This document shows positions 28,586 through 37,463 of a stretch of 64,000 nt of DNA, piece after piece; position 1 is the stretch's first letter, and each line of letters begins with the position of its first letter. The stretch is from a virus: the IMG/VR virus record IMGVR_UViG_3300013132_000026, positions 1 through 64,000 of that record; one strand, 5' to 3'. The notes under the pieces were generated by a model, which was not told the DNA's origin, searched no databases, and was given only the letters and a program-made list of their open reading frames with translations. The position numbers and the translations under genes were made by a program.

Positions 28586-29742
28586 TGAGACAAGCAATTT
28601 CATATGAAATGCAGATGATGTTCGTTGGCTCCAGCGGAGCCTTCGTAGCTGCACAAAATACTGGACAAAAGATATCTCGCTTAGACTTTATCCAGTCATA
28701 TGACTTTTCTTTCGATGTAGATCGTCAAGCATTGAAACAAATTGGGTCAAATGCTTTTGCTTCGCGTCAAACGCAACTTGCTCCCGACGTTTCTTTGAAC
28801 GTGTCTTATCTGTTAAATGACGGGTGGAACGAAAAGCACTTGGGTCTAGAGTTTGTTAGTGGCTCTTACTCGAATCCATTAACTTCTGTATTTGCAAATA
28901 CTGGAGATAGAAATTTTTATGTTTTAATTGCGCAAGATCAGTACCAAGATGCGAACGCCGACACTTCGGCGCAAGATTATAATGTTCTCGGCATCGGTAA
29001 TGCGTTCATTACAAATTACGAGATTTCGCTATCTGTTGGAGGTCTAGCTTCGGCCACTTGTTCGTTTGTTGGGGCGAACGCAAGCATTACGAACTATTCG
29101 AATGACCGTTACGTTCCTGCGGTTAATGTTGGCAATACGGGCGAAACGGCAGAGATGGATGACGTGAGATACGGAATCGACTTCTTGGACAACTCGCGCT
29201 CTTCGCGCTACATCACTGGTTTCAAAGACGTGTTTGATAGCGGGTGCTCTTACAATGGTTGCACGATCTCAGCAACGCCAACGTTAGTATCGGGCATGAG
29301 GCTCGGCTTTGACTTTGATAACTTTCAGTCTGTTAGCGTGTCTATTCCACTGGAAAGAAAAGCCTTGTATGGTTTTGGCAGTAACTATCCAACAACGCGC
29401 AAGATTCAGATTCCAGTAGTCGCGGCCTTATCTATCGATTCGATAGTTGACTCGTTCCAAGCCGAAAACTTGGCAAATACATTCAAGAGCGAAGACGTGG
29501 CGATCAGCGGCTACGATTTTGATGTCTTGTTTAAAAACTCAAGAGGCGTGGAAAAGTTTGGACTTAAAGTCCAAAATGCACGCTTAGACTCGTATTCGCT
29601 CGGAGCGCAAATCGGAGATAGAACTTCGGTTCAAACTTCTTGGTCTTTCGAGATCACTCCAACGACTGGAATACTAGTTTCTGGATCGTTTGGAACGCCA
29701 ACTTTAAGTTCAATTTATATTAACGAGTCAATCAACCCTTAA
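28585..29742 (+). CDS. Tail tube paralog (tail tip)
   Basis: Co-linear similarity to 15106..16233 (IGNAFITNYEISLSVGG vs IGNGFITNYSVEAAVGG; QIGDRTSV vs AIGDNKTV). Confidence 0.65.
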   Translation: MRQAISYEMQMMFVGSSGAFVAAQNTGQKISRLDFIQSYDFSFDVDRQALKQIGSNAFASRQTQLAPDVSLNVSYLLNDGWNEKHLGLEFVSGSYSNPLTSVFANTGDRNFYVLIAQDQYQDANADTSAQDYNVLGIGNAFITNYEISLSVGGLASATCSFVGANASITNYSNDRYVPAVNVGNTGETAEMDDVRYGIDFLDNSRSSRYITGFKDVFDSGCSYNGCTISATPTLVSGMRLGFDFDNFQSVSVSIPLERKALYGFGSNYPTTRKIQIPVVAALSIDSIVDSFQAENLANTFKSEDVAISGYDFDVLFKNSRGVEKFGLKVQNARLDSYSLGAQIGDRTSVQTSWSFEITPTTGILVSGSFGTPTLSSIYINESINP

Positions 29743-29757
29743 TGTAAAGTATATAGA

Positions 29758-32700
29758 ATGAGCAAAAGAATTTCAGACGTTACAGAGGCAACGCGGATCG
29801 ACTCGAACGATCAGATCTTGTTCTTGCAAGCTTCTTCTAAGAAAACCAAAAGAATCTCAAGAGATAACTTTGCCAAGAGCCCCGGTTTCGGTGGAGCTAT
29901 TCCTGAACTTTCTGGAGACATTGAAGCTCCAGCTACGCCAACTGGACTCGCAGTAACTACTGCGTCTGAAATCATGCCAGATGGCACCGAGCGTGTCATT
30001 ATTCGTGCCAAGATCACGCCAAATACAGAAGAAGATTTAGAGTCGTATAGTTGGTATCTTAGACGTGCAAGCGGGACTCCAACGTTCGATGGCAGCGGCG
30101 TTTTGACTGGCTATTCGGTCGCTCAGGTTTTTACTCCAGTACTGGAGTCGATGCCAGCAGAAGGTAGTATTGGCACAGATGGCAAAGTAACTAAAGAGTG
30201 GACGGTAGTTGCGAATAGTTATTACGAAGTTCGAGTTGCTGCTTTAGATACAGATGGAAATTTTTCTGATTACACGCAACTCAATAACACGAATGTAATC
30301 TTGTCATCAAAAGACTCGGTTGCGCCAAATGCGCCAACAAGCGTCGCTGCGACATCTGCAATTAGATCTGTATTTTTGACTTGGGTTAATCCAGCCGATA
30401 AAGATTTGGCTTATGTTAGAGTTTTTAGACCAACAAATGTAACCAATGCCTATAACATTGTTTCGGCAACAAGAAGCGCTACAACAGTAACGATTACAAC
30501 AGCAACTGCGCATGGATACGCCAATGGAAATTCCGCAACGGTTGTGGGATTATCTGGGACCGTAAATCCAAACGGTTCAAAGACGGTTACGGTCGTAAAC
30601 TCGACGCAGTTTACATACACGATAGCTTCTGCTATCGGATCTGAAACGTATGCCATAACTAATGGAACAACGACATTAACGTCTAATGTTTTTTCTGTCT
30701 TTGATGGCTACGCAGATGCTTTTACCGACACTAGCACAGAACAGGGAAAGACTTATAGCTACTGGTTAACTGCCGTAGACTATTCTGGAAATGAAAGCAC
30801 TTATCCTTCGAATGTTGGTAGAACAACACCCGGTACTGTAGAAACGACCGACGTAAAAGATTTTGCCATCAATGCAACCAAGATGTACAACAATACGATT
30901 GTACTCGAAGGTGATTCTTGGACGAGCAATACTGGTACATATACTATTTCTTGGAACAGCCATTTTCTGTATTATCACGGAGTAAAGTATACTGTCGCAT
31001 CTGGAAGCTTAACTGCGTCTTCTGAAGTTGCTGGGGCTAGAACTGCGTATGTTTACGCTACGATTCCAGTTTCTGGATCAACAATCACTTATAGCACATT
31101 TGTAGTTACTGGCACCACTTATCCAAATGATTATCCAGTCTTAACCGACTCGATGTTCATGATCGCTACAAATGTTAATGGCGCTTATGACTTAGCTTGG
31201 AACGCTATTGCAAATGCGGTAATTGGTTCGGCGTATATCAAAAACGCGGCGATCGATAGCGCGAAGATCAGAGAAGTTATTGCTGACAGAATTTCAACTG
31301 GAACAATTGATGCTAAAACACTAACGATCACTGGCGGCGGCGTTATCAAGAGCGCGGGCGTAACTAACTTCAGTTCAGGTCAAGGCTTTTATCTCGAAGG
31401 TACATCTTCGGGAACAACTTCTAGGTTTGGCGTTGGCGACTTAAGTGGCTCCGGTTCTTTCGTAAAGTTTGACGTTAACACGCTAACTGTTCAGGGAACG
31501 CTTCAAGCGACCGCTGGTCACTTCGGCGGCGCAACTGGCGTCACAATCAACGCTTCTGGTTTAACAGTATCGACTACTGGTATAATCAATTCTACTGGCA
31601 CCAACTATAATTCTGGAACAACTCAATTCGATGGAACGGGCGGTTTCTTCTTGGGAAGAGTTGGAGGCGCGTATCAATTTTTTGTTGGGTACACAGCAGC
31701 AGATAAATTCATTCGATGGAACGGAACCGACCTGACCGTTCGCGGAACGATCAATGCCACCGCTGGCTACTTTGGGTCTTCGGCTAGCGTTGTTGCGGTA
31801 GACTCTTCTGGTTTGACAGTTTCAACGTCTGGAAGAATCAACGCTTCCGGCGTAACTTACAATTCTGGAACTACTGCTTTTGATGGTAATGGATTTTTCT
31901 TAGGTTATGCTGGTGCCGCTTATCAGTTTTTTACTGGAAGTGTCGCAAGCGGAAAGTTCATACGTTGGAACGGAACCGACTTAACTGTTCAGGGAACGCT
32001 TCAAGCGACCGCTGGTCACTTCGGCGGCGCCGATGGCGTCACAATCAACGCTTCTGGTTTGACAGTTTCAACGTCTGGAAGAATCAATGGAAACGTTAAC
32101 TATAACGTTTCCTTTTCTCCTCCATTTGGAGGTGGCGACAGCAAGGGCTTTTTCTTAGGTTATGCTGGTGGCGCTTATCAATTTTTTATTGGACATGGTG
32201 GCGCGTCGCCTGGTCAATACCTATATTGGAACGGAACTTCCTTATCTATTACTGGAGAAATTAGAGCGATATCTGGTTATATCGGAGGGACGACTAGTGG
32301 CTGGGAAATTACTTCGGGAACGATATCAAATTATAACGCAGCAAGCGGAAGAACTACTACGCTAACCTCTGATGCTAAAATCGCAATATCAAATCCGCTG
32401 AGTACTATGACGCTAGACAATTCTTCTAATCAGGGAAGCATTACTATCAGCGGAACATATCCAGCGGTTCTTACCGCTGGCGTAGCAAATAGCGTTTTAA
32501 CGCTTGGATCTGGAACAGCTAGATCTATCTTAAATCAAACTTCTGGTTTGTTTTTGGATGACGATGGAGTAGGAACTAGAAAAGTAACAATTAATACTAC
32601 CTCGCCAGTAGAGCTTAGACGAGATGGATTATTTTTAGGGGTAGGTACTGGTAAAAAGATTGTCGTCGGATCGAGTACATATTCTAGCATTCAAGATATC

Positions 32701-33294
32701 ACAACTAGTGGATTTGCCATAAATGTAAAAGATGCTATAGTTGAAGTCGTCTCGACTATCCCAGACAATACTGGTCTTCTTAACCAAGGGCTAGAAACTT
32801 ACAGAATGCGCGGGAACCCAACTACCGCAAACAATGAAATTTATTTGCGACAATATTTTAATCGTCATACGTTCGGTAGTACTTGGGATGGCGTTGGCAT
32901 CAGATTCCAGCATCATGTTTATCAAAGCTTATATGGATTTATAGAGTTTAATTCGGCAATAGGAGTTGCTGGAAGAGACACAGATAAGTCTGTTGCTATT
33001 GGCAGCGGAGTCGATGAAAGACTAAGAATTAATCCTTTGTCCGTAAATATCAAAGATGTTAATCTGCGTATTTATAGCGGATCGACTCAATCGTGTAGAA
33101 TTGACTACACTAATGGAGACTACTATATTCTTGGCAATAAGATTATTAGCGCAAGAAGAACGGGCTGGACCGCCGCGACTGGGACCGCAACAAGAACGTC
33201 TTTCGACACATCAACTGTAACTACAGCGCAGCTGGCAGAGCGCGTCAAAGCTCTACTAGACGATCTAATCGCCCACGGATTAGTCGGAGCTTAA
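29758..33294 (+). CDS. Central tail fibre / host-specificity protein
   Basis: FN3-like domains (PATPTGLAV, APNAPTSV, YWLTAVDYSGNES); AYIKNAAIDSAKI; three ~80-aa beta repeats; conserved fibre C-terminus. Confidence 0.75.
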   Translation: MSKRISDVTEATRIDSNDQILFLQASSKKTKRISRDNFAKSPGFGGAIPELSGDIEAPATPTGLAVTTASEIMPDGTERVIIRAKITPNTEEDLESYSWYLRRASGTPTFDGSGVLTGYSVAQVFTPVLESMPAEGSIGTDGKVTKEWTVVANSYYEVRVAALDTDGNFSDYTQLNNTNVILSSKDSVAPNAPTSVAATSAIRSVFLTWVNPADKDLAYVRVFRPTNVTNAYNIVSATRSATTVTITTATAHGYANGNSATVVGLSGTVNPNGSKTVTVVNSTQFTYTIASAIGSETYAITNGTTTLTSNVFSVFDGYADAFTDTSTEQGKTYSYWLTAVDYSGNESTYPSNVGRTTPGTVETTDVKDFAINATKMYNNTIVLEGDSWTSNTGTYTISWNSHFLYYHGVKYTVASGSLTASSEVAGARTAYVYATIPVSGSTITYSTFVVTGTTYPNDYPVLTDSMFMIATNVNGAYDLAWNAIANAVIGSAYIKNAAIDSAKIREVIADRISTGTIDAKTLTITGGGVIKSAGVTNFSSGQGFYLEGTSSGTTSRFGVGDLSGSGSFVKFDVNTLTVQGTLQATAGHFGGATGVTINASGLTVSTTGIINSTGTNYNSGTTQFDGTGGFFLGRVGGAYQFFVGYTAADKFIRWNGTDLTVRGTINATAGYFGSSASVVAVDSSGLTVSTSGRINASGVTYNSGTTAFDGNGFFLGYAGAAYQFFTGSVASGKFIRWNGTDLTVQGTLQATAGHFGGADGVTINASGLTVSTSGRINGNVNYNVSFSPPFGGGDSKGFFLGYAGGAYQFFIGHGGASPGQYLYWNGTSLSITGEIRAISGYIGGTTSGWEITSGTISNYNAASGRTTTLTSDAKIAISNPLSTMTLDNSSNQGSITISGTYPAVLTAGVANSVLTLGSGTARSILNQTSGLFLDDDGVGTRKVTINTTSPVELRRDGLFLGVGTGKKIVVGSSTYSSIQDITTSGFAINVKDAIVEVVSTIPDNTGLLNQGLETYRMRGNPTTANNEIYLRQYFNRHTFGSTWDGVGIRFQHHVYQSLYGFIEFNSAIGVAGRDTDKSVAIGSGVDERLRINPLSVNIKDVNLRIYSGSTQSCRIDYTNGDYYILGNKIISARRTGWTAATGTATRTSFDTSTVTTAQLAERVKALLDDLIAHGLVGA
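31484..32240 (+). repeat. Three tandem ~80-aa repeats in the fibre gene with exact DNA blocks
   Basis: For example taactgttcagggaacgcttcaagcgaccgctggtcacttcggcggcgc occurs at ~31484 and ~31982. Confidence 0.85.
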
Positions 33295-33671
33295 TAGTCT
33301 ACTTTGATATGCTTCGACTCGAACTTCTTCTTTTGTTCGGGATGCTTCGCGCCTTTTCTGCTATCCGAGTATTCTTTGAAGAACTTGTCTTTGACGGGAT
33401 CGCTGCCGCCGTTTTTGTCTGCGCGTTTTTCACTCAGTTCTTTGCTCTTGTCTAGCAAATCGCCCATCGATCCCTTCTTGTTGCGCGTTGCGTCTAAGAA
33501 TGCTTGTGGGTTATTCGGGTCTATTTGCGAGTCTGTTGACGCATTGGGGATAGAGAACACTCTGTTCCACTTTAGCCCGTTTTCGTCGGTATATGAGTGG
33601 TCCTCGTTCATTGTTTGAACGATATCGACTCGCTCGCCAGTCTCGGGATGCTCGTAAGTGTAAATAGGCAT
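33291..33671 (-). CDS. FmdB-like zinc-ribbon-derived small protein (cysteines absent)
   Basis: MPIYTYEHPETGERVDIVQTM...W.RVFS.P. Confidence 0.55.
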   Translation of the reverse strand: MPIYTYEHPETGERVDIVQTMNEDHSYTDENGLKWNRVFSIPNASTDSQIDPNNPQAFLDATRNKKGSMGDLLDKSKELSEKRADKNGGSDPVKDKFFKEYSDSRKGAKHPEQKKKFESKHIKVDY

Positions 33672-33684
33672 ATAAAATGATAAT

Positions 33685-33716
33685 AAAAAAGGCGCTTTTT
33701 CAAGCGCCTTTGTTTT
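33685..33716. terminator. Intrinsic terminator after Hsp20 (minus strand; possibly bidirectional)
   Basis: A6-GGCGCTT-tttc-AAGCGCC-TTTGTTTTT. Confidence 0.75.
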
Positions 33717-34159
33717 TAGTCGATTCGAACTTTGCGGGGTTTGGCCGCTTCCTTGAATGGAATCCTAATAGTTAGGACCTCTTCGCGAAGCGTAGAATTG
33801 ATCTGATCAAGATCGTAGTCTTGAAGAAGAGTGAGCCTGAAGTGAATCGGCTTCGTCTTCTGGTTGTCCATATCTACAACAACGTCTCCACCGTTAGGCT
33901 CAACAGAAACGTCGATCTGAGAAGCTTTAAAGTCGGGAGCAAAAAGCTTCAGAACGAATTCTTTGTCGTCAGCAGTTTGCTGAAGAATCGTTGGTTGTGG
34001 GTCAATGTCGATCTTACTGAACTGAGACTCGCTCGTTAGCGTGCCTGCCGCCAATTCAAGCAAATCAGCGAATCTACCGCCATAAGAGCTATAAGTCGAA
34101 TACGAATAGACGTTAGGATTAAATGTAACTTTTGGATTTGATATTGTGAATAGTTGCAT
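33716..34159 (-). CDS. Small heat shock protein (Hsp20/alpha-crystallin)
   Basis: FVLKLFAPDFKASQIDVSVE...DLDQINSTLREEVLTIRIP...KPRKVRI, with a C-terminal V/I-x-I motif. Confidence 0.75.
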   Translation of the reverse strand: MQLFTISNPKVTFNPNVYSYSTYSSYGGRFADLLELAAGTLTSESQFSKIDIDPQPTILQQTADDKEFVLKLFAPDFKASQIDVSVEPNGGDVVVDMDNQKTKPIHFRLTLLQDYDLDQINSTLREEVLTIRIPFKEAAKPRKVRID

Positions 34160-34187
34160 ATTGCGCCATAGTTGGCTTTTATTCTAT

Positions 34188-34204
34188 TGCACGCTGCGTG
34201 CCAA
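34188..34204 (-). promoter_or_regulatory. sigma54 (-24/-12) promoter for Hsp20
   Basis: Minus strand reads TTGGCACGCAGCGTGCA: GG-N10-GC with TGGCACG. Confidence 0.65.
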
Positions 34205-34205
34205 A

Positions 34206-34221
34206 TTTTCCCTAGGGAAAA
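34206..34221. promoter_or_regulatory. Perfect 16-bp palindrome, candidate operator
   Basis: TTTTCCCTAGGGAAAA directly upstream of the -24 element. Confidence 0.45.
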
Positions 34222-34224
34222 CGT

Positions 34225-35322
34225 CTAAACCTTTGCCAGAACGTCTCTTATATGAGTCAAAGTGTTCGCGTAAGTGAGTTTTTGACCCAACGCAACGCCA
34301 GCGTCGTTCTTCTTACCAGATAAGGTAAGCTCAACAGCCTTTTCGATAGCAGCTACGGCAGCATCGTCCGAGAAATCGTAAATGTTGCCTTGGTTAAAGT
34401 CGGAACCTTTCTTGAAGAAAGTCCCGTCATAAGCCTCGATTTTGCCCGTTGACTCAACGAGGATAGAGTTATCCTTGGTCGCCCAGTCTTTGTGGCTCGT
34501 AGCGTTCAGTACGATGCTCCACTTGCCAAGGCAAGTTGCGTTGAACGCAGGAAGACCCCAACCTTCTGCGCCGCTAAGACCAGAGAGGTCAATATCGGCA
34601 GAGTTAATGATGTCGTTGACTTCGGCGTTCGTCGCGACGAAAGGCAGGAAGTTGATATTTGAAGCGAGGCTCTTGTAGCCCATTACCATCTTCTTCATCA
34701 GTTCCTTGTCGAGAAACGGATTCATAACCGAGCAACTAAGTTGGAACTTTGGATTGTTGCCGTACTTCTTTGCCCAGAGCTTAATGATCTTGTCCGTATG
34801 CTTGCGCTTTTCGAACTTGCCCATCAGCAAGAAGTGAGTCTTTCCCTCAAGATACTTTTTATTCGTTTTAAAGAAACTCGGATCGAAACCAAGCGGAGCA
34901 GAGTACACGTTAGCGCACCCGTTGCTTACGAACGAGTCTCTAGCATACGAGCTAGAGAAGATCGTCGCGTCTTGAAGCGCAACTATTGCATTTTCTACAA
35001 CAGTTGGCTGATCGAGTTCATAAAACGAAAACAGTACTTGCTTTTTCGTGAGACGCTTCTCGGCTCCGTTAATGTGCCAAAGCTTCAAAGACACTGCATC
35101 CTTAGAAAGATCTCTGTACCGATTGTCGATTAGACTTTTGATCCAATCGACAAACTCGGCGTCTTTCTTATCGAACGCAGACAGGTCTACGTTCGAGATC
35201 GGAAAGTACGAAACCTTAAAGGACGAGTCGCTTTGCTGGAGCTTGTAAAGCTCTTTGAGAATGTTATACGCAACATTCCCAAACGACACTTGGTTTAACG
35301 GAGCTTCGAAGACAACGTGCAT
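34225..35322 (-). CDS. GT4-like (GT-B) glycosyltransferase
   Basis: GKFEKRKH; SGAEGWGLPAFNATCLGK. Confidence 0.8.
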   Translation of the reverse strand: MHVVFEAPLNQVSFGNVAYNILKELYKLQQSDSSFKVSYFPISNVDLSAFDKKDAEFVDWIKSLIDNRYRDLSKDAVSLKLWHINGAEKRLTKKQVLFSFYELDQPTVVENAIVALQDATIFSSSYARDSFVSNGCANVYSAPLGFDPSFFKTNKKYLEGKTHFLLMGKFEKRKHTDKIIKLWAKKYGNNPKFQLSCSVMNPFLDKELMKKMVMGYKSLASNINFLPFVATNAEVNDIINSADIDLSGLSGAEGWGLPAFNATCLGKWSIVLNATSHKDWATKDNSILVESTGKIEAYDGTFFKKGSDFNQGNIYDFSDDAAVAAIEKAVELTLSGKKNDAGVALGQKLTYANTLTHIRDVLAKV

Positions 35323-35798
35323 TAGATTGGAATTTCTTCGTCGTTAGACTCTTCCTGCTGACGTGGAGCGGGCTTTGCCTTTTGATAAGTTGGCTTGGCT
35401 GGAGCCGAGGAAAACTTATTCGTGTTGGCAGCGGGTCGCGCCGCAGGGCGTGCAGCTTGAGCAACGTCTTCTTCGCCTTGAGCCTCGTCCTTACGCTTGC
35501 TTCCGATGAAGCTGACACGCTCGGCAACAACGAGAATCTTCGAACGCTTCTCGCCGTTCTTTTCCCAAGTGTCTTGCTTGAGACGACCAGTTACTGCAAC
35601 TGCACTACCCTTCTTGACATAGTTCGTGACGAAGTCCGCTTGCTTTTCCCAAGCATCGACATCGATATAAACCGTTTCCTTGTCGTTGATTGGATTGTTA
35701 ATGGCGAGGCGAATCGTCGCGATGGCCTTTCCTGTCAAAGTCGATCTCGCTTCTGGGTCCGAGACGACGTTTCCTGCTAGTACTACTACATTAATCAT
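35322..35798 (-). CDS. ssb: Single-stranded DNA-binding protein
   Basis: NVVVLAGN..DPE.R; KKGS.V.V.GRL.Q..WE; acidic tail EEIPI. Confidence 0.95.
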   Translation of the reverse strand: MINVVVLAGNVVSDPEARSTLTGKAIATIRLAINNPINDKETVYIDVDAWEKQADFVTNYVKKGSAVAVTGRLKQDTWEKNGEKRSKILVVAERVSFIGSKRKDEAQGEEDVAQAARPAARPAANTNKFSSAPAKPTYQKAKPAPRQQEESNDEEIPI

Positions 35799-36372
35799 GA
35801 TGTTTTTGATAGTTTTTTTTCAGAGTTTTGAATGCTGAATTGTGGATATTGATACATCCTTGAATCGATAAGTCAAGTTCTTTTGCGATTTTTCTCCAAG
35901 GCGTGGGCTTTTTCTTGCCGTTTAAATAACGTAACCGAAAAATCTTTTCGATACGTTTGTCGTCAAAACACGCGAGTTCTTTAAAAATTTCTTTTAAAAC
36001 TTTTTGGTCAGATGTTTCCGTGTTCTCGGAAGTTTCAAACGCGCAGTCGAAACCGTCTTCCATTGGAAGGTGCCGCTTCTTGTTCGAAGAGTTCAAACAC
36101 AACCAACGAGTATGGTTTCCAAGGTAAGTTGAGAATTTGATGTTACGTTTCTCGTCGAACGATTTGACTGCGTCAAAAATATGAGACTCGCGCCCATTGA
36201 TAAGATCGTGAAAATTATCGATAGAAGTTTCTCTCGGGGCATAATTGTGGACCATCTGCAAGTAGATGCCCGAATGGCGATTTACAATCTCTTTAAAACA
36301 AAGACTGTCGCCGTTGTGACGGACCTCCTCGATCAAATCGAGGTCGTTCATTTGTTCGGGCATCAACTTCAT
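35791..36372 (-). CDS. Phage sigma70-family sigma factor (regions 2 and 4)
   Basis: IFDAVKSFDEKRNIKFSTY (region 2); IFRLRY...PWRKIAKELDLSIQGCINIHNSAFKTLK (region 4 HTH). Confidence 0.85.
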   Translation of the reverse strand: MKLMPEQMNDLDLIEEVRHNGDSLCFKEIVNRHSGIYLQMVHNYAPRETSIDNFHDLINGRESHIFDAVKSFDEKRNIKFSTYLGNHTRWLCLNSSNKKRHLPMEDGFDCAFETSENTETSDQKVLKEIFKELACFDDKRIEKIFRLRYLNGKKKPTPWRKIAKELDLSIQGCINIHNSAFKTLKKNYQKHHD

Positions 36373-36884
36373 GCGCCTGTGCTACCGAAGCCCGCCTTTC
36401 CGCGAAGAGACTCATCGAGACTTTCGGCTACAAAAAGTTTGGGTTTTACCGCTGGCATAAACACAAGCTGACCAATCTTGTCGCCCATTTTGTAAATCTT
36501 ATCGAACTCTGGAACAGTCTTGCCGAAGTACCTAAAGCGCAGTTTAATCGAACCTCTGTAACCGCTGTCGATTACCCCCACAGAGTTCGTCAAGGCTAGC
36601 TGATAATTGCTGATGCTCGACCTCGGGAAAACAAGAGAGAAACAATTAGTTGGAGGTTGGATTACAACGCCCGTATCGTACTCGATGTACATGGGCTTTA
36701 AGCTCTTCGATTTTCTATCGTAAATCAGATGAGGAATCGTTGAGGCTACGAGATCCCAACCAACATCGCCTTCTGCTGGGGCGATCAGGTTGTTTTCAAA
36801 GCCATTTTTGAGAACTTTGAACGCTGGAGACGGGTAAGAATTTTGCTTTCCTGCTTGCTTCGAAACGTAGAGATTTTCTTCCAT
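36369..36884 (-). CDS. dut: Trimeric dUTPase
   Basis: GDVGWDL, PRSS, NSVGVIDSGYRG, KIGQL, RGKAGFGSTG. Start placed at ATG 36884, downstream of a promoter. Confidence 0.9.
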   Translation of the reverse strand: MEENLYVSKQAGKQNSYPSPAFKVLKNGFENNLIAPAEGDVGWDLVASTIPHLIYDRKSKSLKPMYIEYDTGVVIQPPTNCFSLVFPRSSISNYQLALTNSVGVIDSGYRGSIKLRFRYFGKTVPEFDKIYKMGDKIGQLVFMPAVKPKLFVAESLDESLRGKAGFGSTGA

Positions 36885-36890
36885 GACCGC

Positions 36891-36920
36891 AGAGTAGATC
36901 AACATAATCGAACTTGTCAA
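36891..36920 (-). promoter_or_regulatory. sigma70-type promoter giving leaderless dut mRNA
   Basis: TTGACA-N18-TACTCT, with ATG 6 nt downstream. Confidence 0.6.
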
Positions 36921-36949
36921 TGGTTTTTCCACAAGGTCACGCGAAGCGT

Positions 36950-37086
36950 AATTTAAAACCGATAGGTTTTAAATTTAAGGATAGGGATAGGGTGAGCGGA
37001 GCGGTTGGGGGATAATAGGGGGGAGAGTCCGAGAGGGGGGAAAGAAGGGGGAAGGAGAGGAGAGAGGGAAAGGGAAAGGAAGGGGG
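36950..37086. other. Inverted repeat plus G-rich polypurine tract (candidate origin or structured DNA)
   Basis: AATTTAAAACC-gata-GGTTTTAAATT, then nine G-runs of 3 or more; 37031-37086 is entirely purine. Confidence 0.5.
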
Positions 37087-37142
37087 TTTTTCTGCCGAAC
37101 AAAATTCTATTTGTTTTTTGCATTTTTCGTGTAAAAATTAGT

Positions 37143-37463
37143 ATGTCTGATGACAAAGATCTTCTAAAACTTTTCCTCGAAAGCGGATGGATGGTATCGA
37201 TAATCGGAGCCGCAGGAATGATCGCCAGACTAGTTTCAAACCCGCTCAAAAAGGCCAATTGCATGGACTATTTCCGCAAGATCTTTGTTGCCTCGGTTAC
37301 TTCAACAATTGCTTGGTTTATCGTTGAGCAGATTGAGATTAGCTCGATCACGAAAGCCATAACTTATGGCGTGGTTGGCGTCGTAAGTCCAGAGATCATC
37401 GATGCCTTGATTAATCTTGCGAAGGGCGTTTCAAAAGATCCGATCAAAATCATCAAAAAGTAA
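37143..37463 (+). CDS. Putative holin (three hydrophobic segments)
   Basis: ATG 37143 lies 7 nt after GTGTAAA; three TM-like stretches; basic C-terminus. Confidence 0.55.
   Translation: MSDDKDLLKLFLESGWMVSIIGAAGMIARLVSNPLKKANCMDYFRKIFVASVTSTIAWFIVEQIEISSITKAITYGVVGVVSPEIIDALINLAKGVSKDPIKIIKK

Noticed and set aside
37005-37142. N-terminal extension of the ORF at 37005 and the antisense ORF 36953..37264
   Set aside because: Both are low-complexity translations of the purine tract; ATG 37143 after GTGTAAA is the better start.
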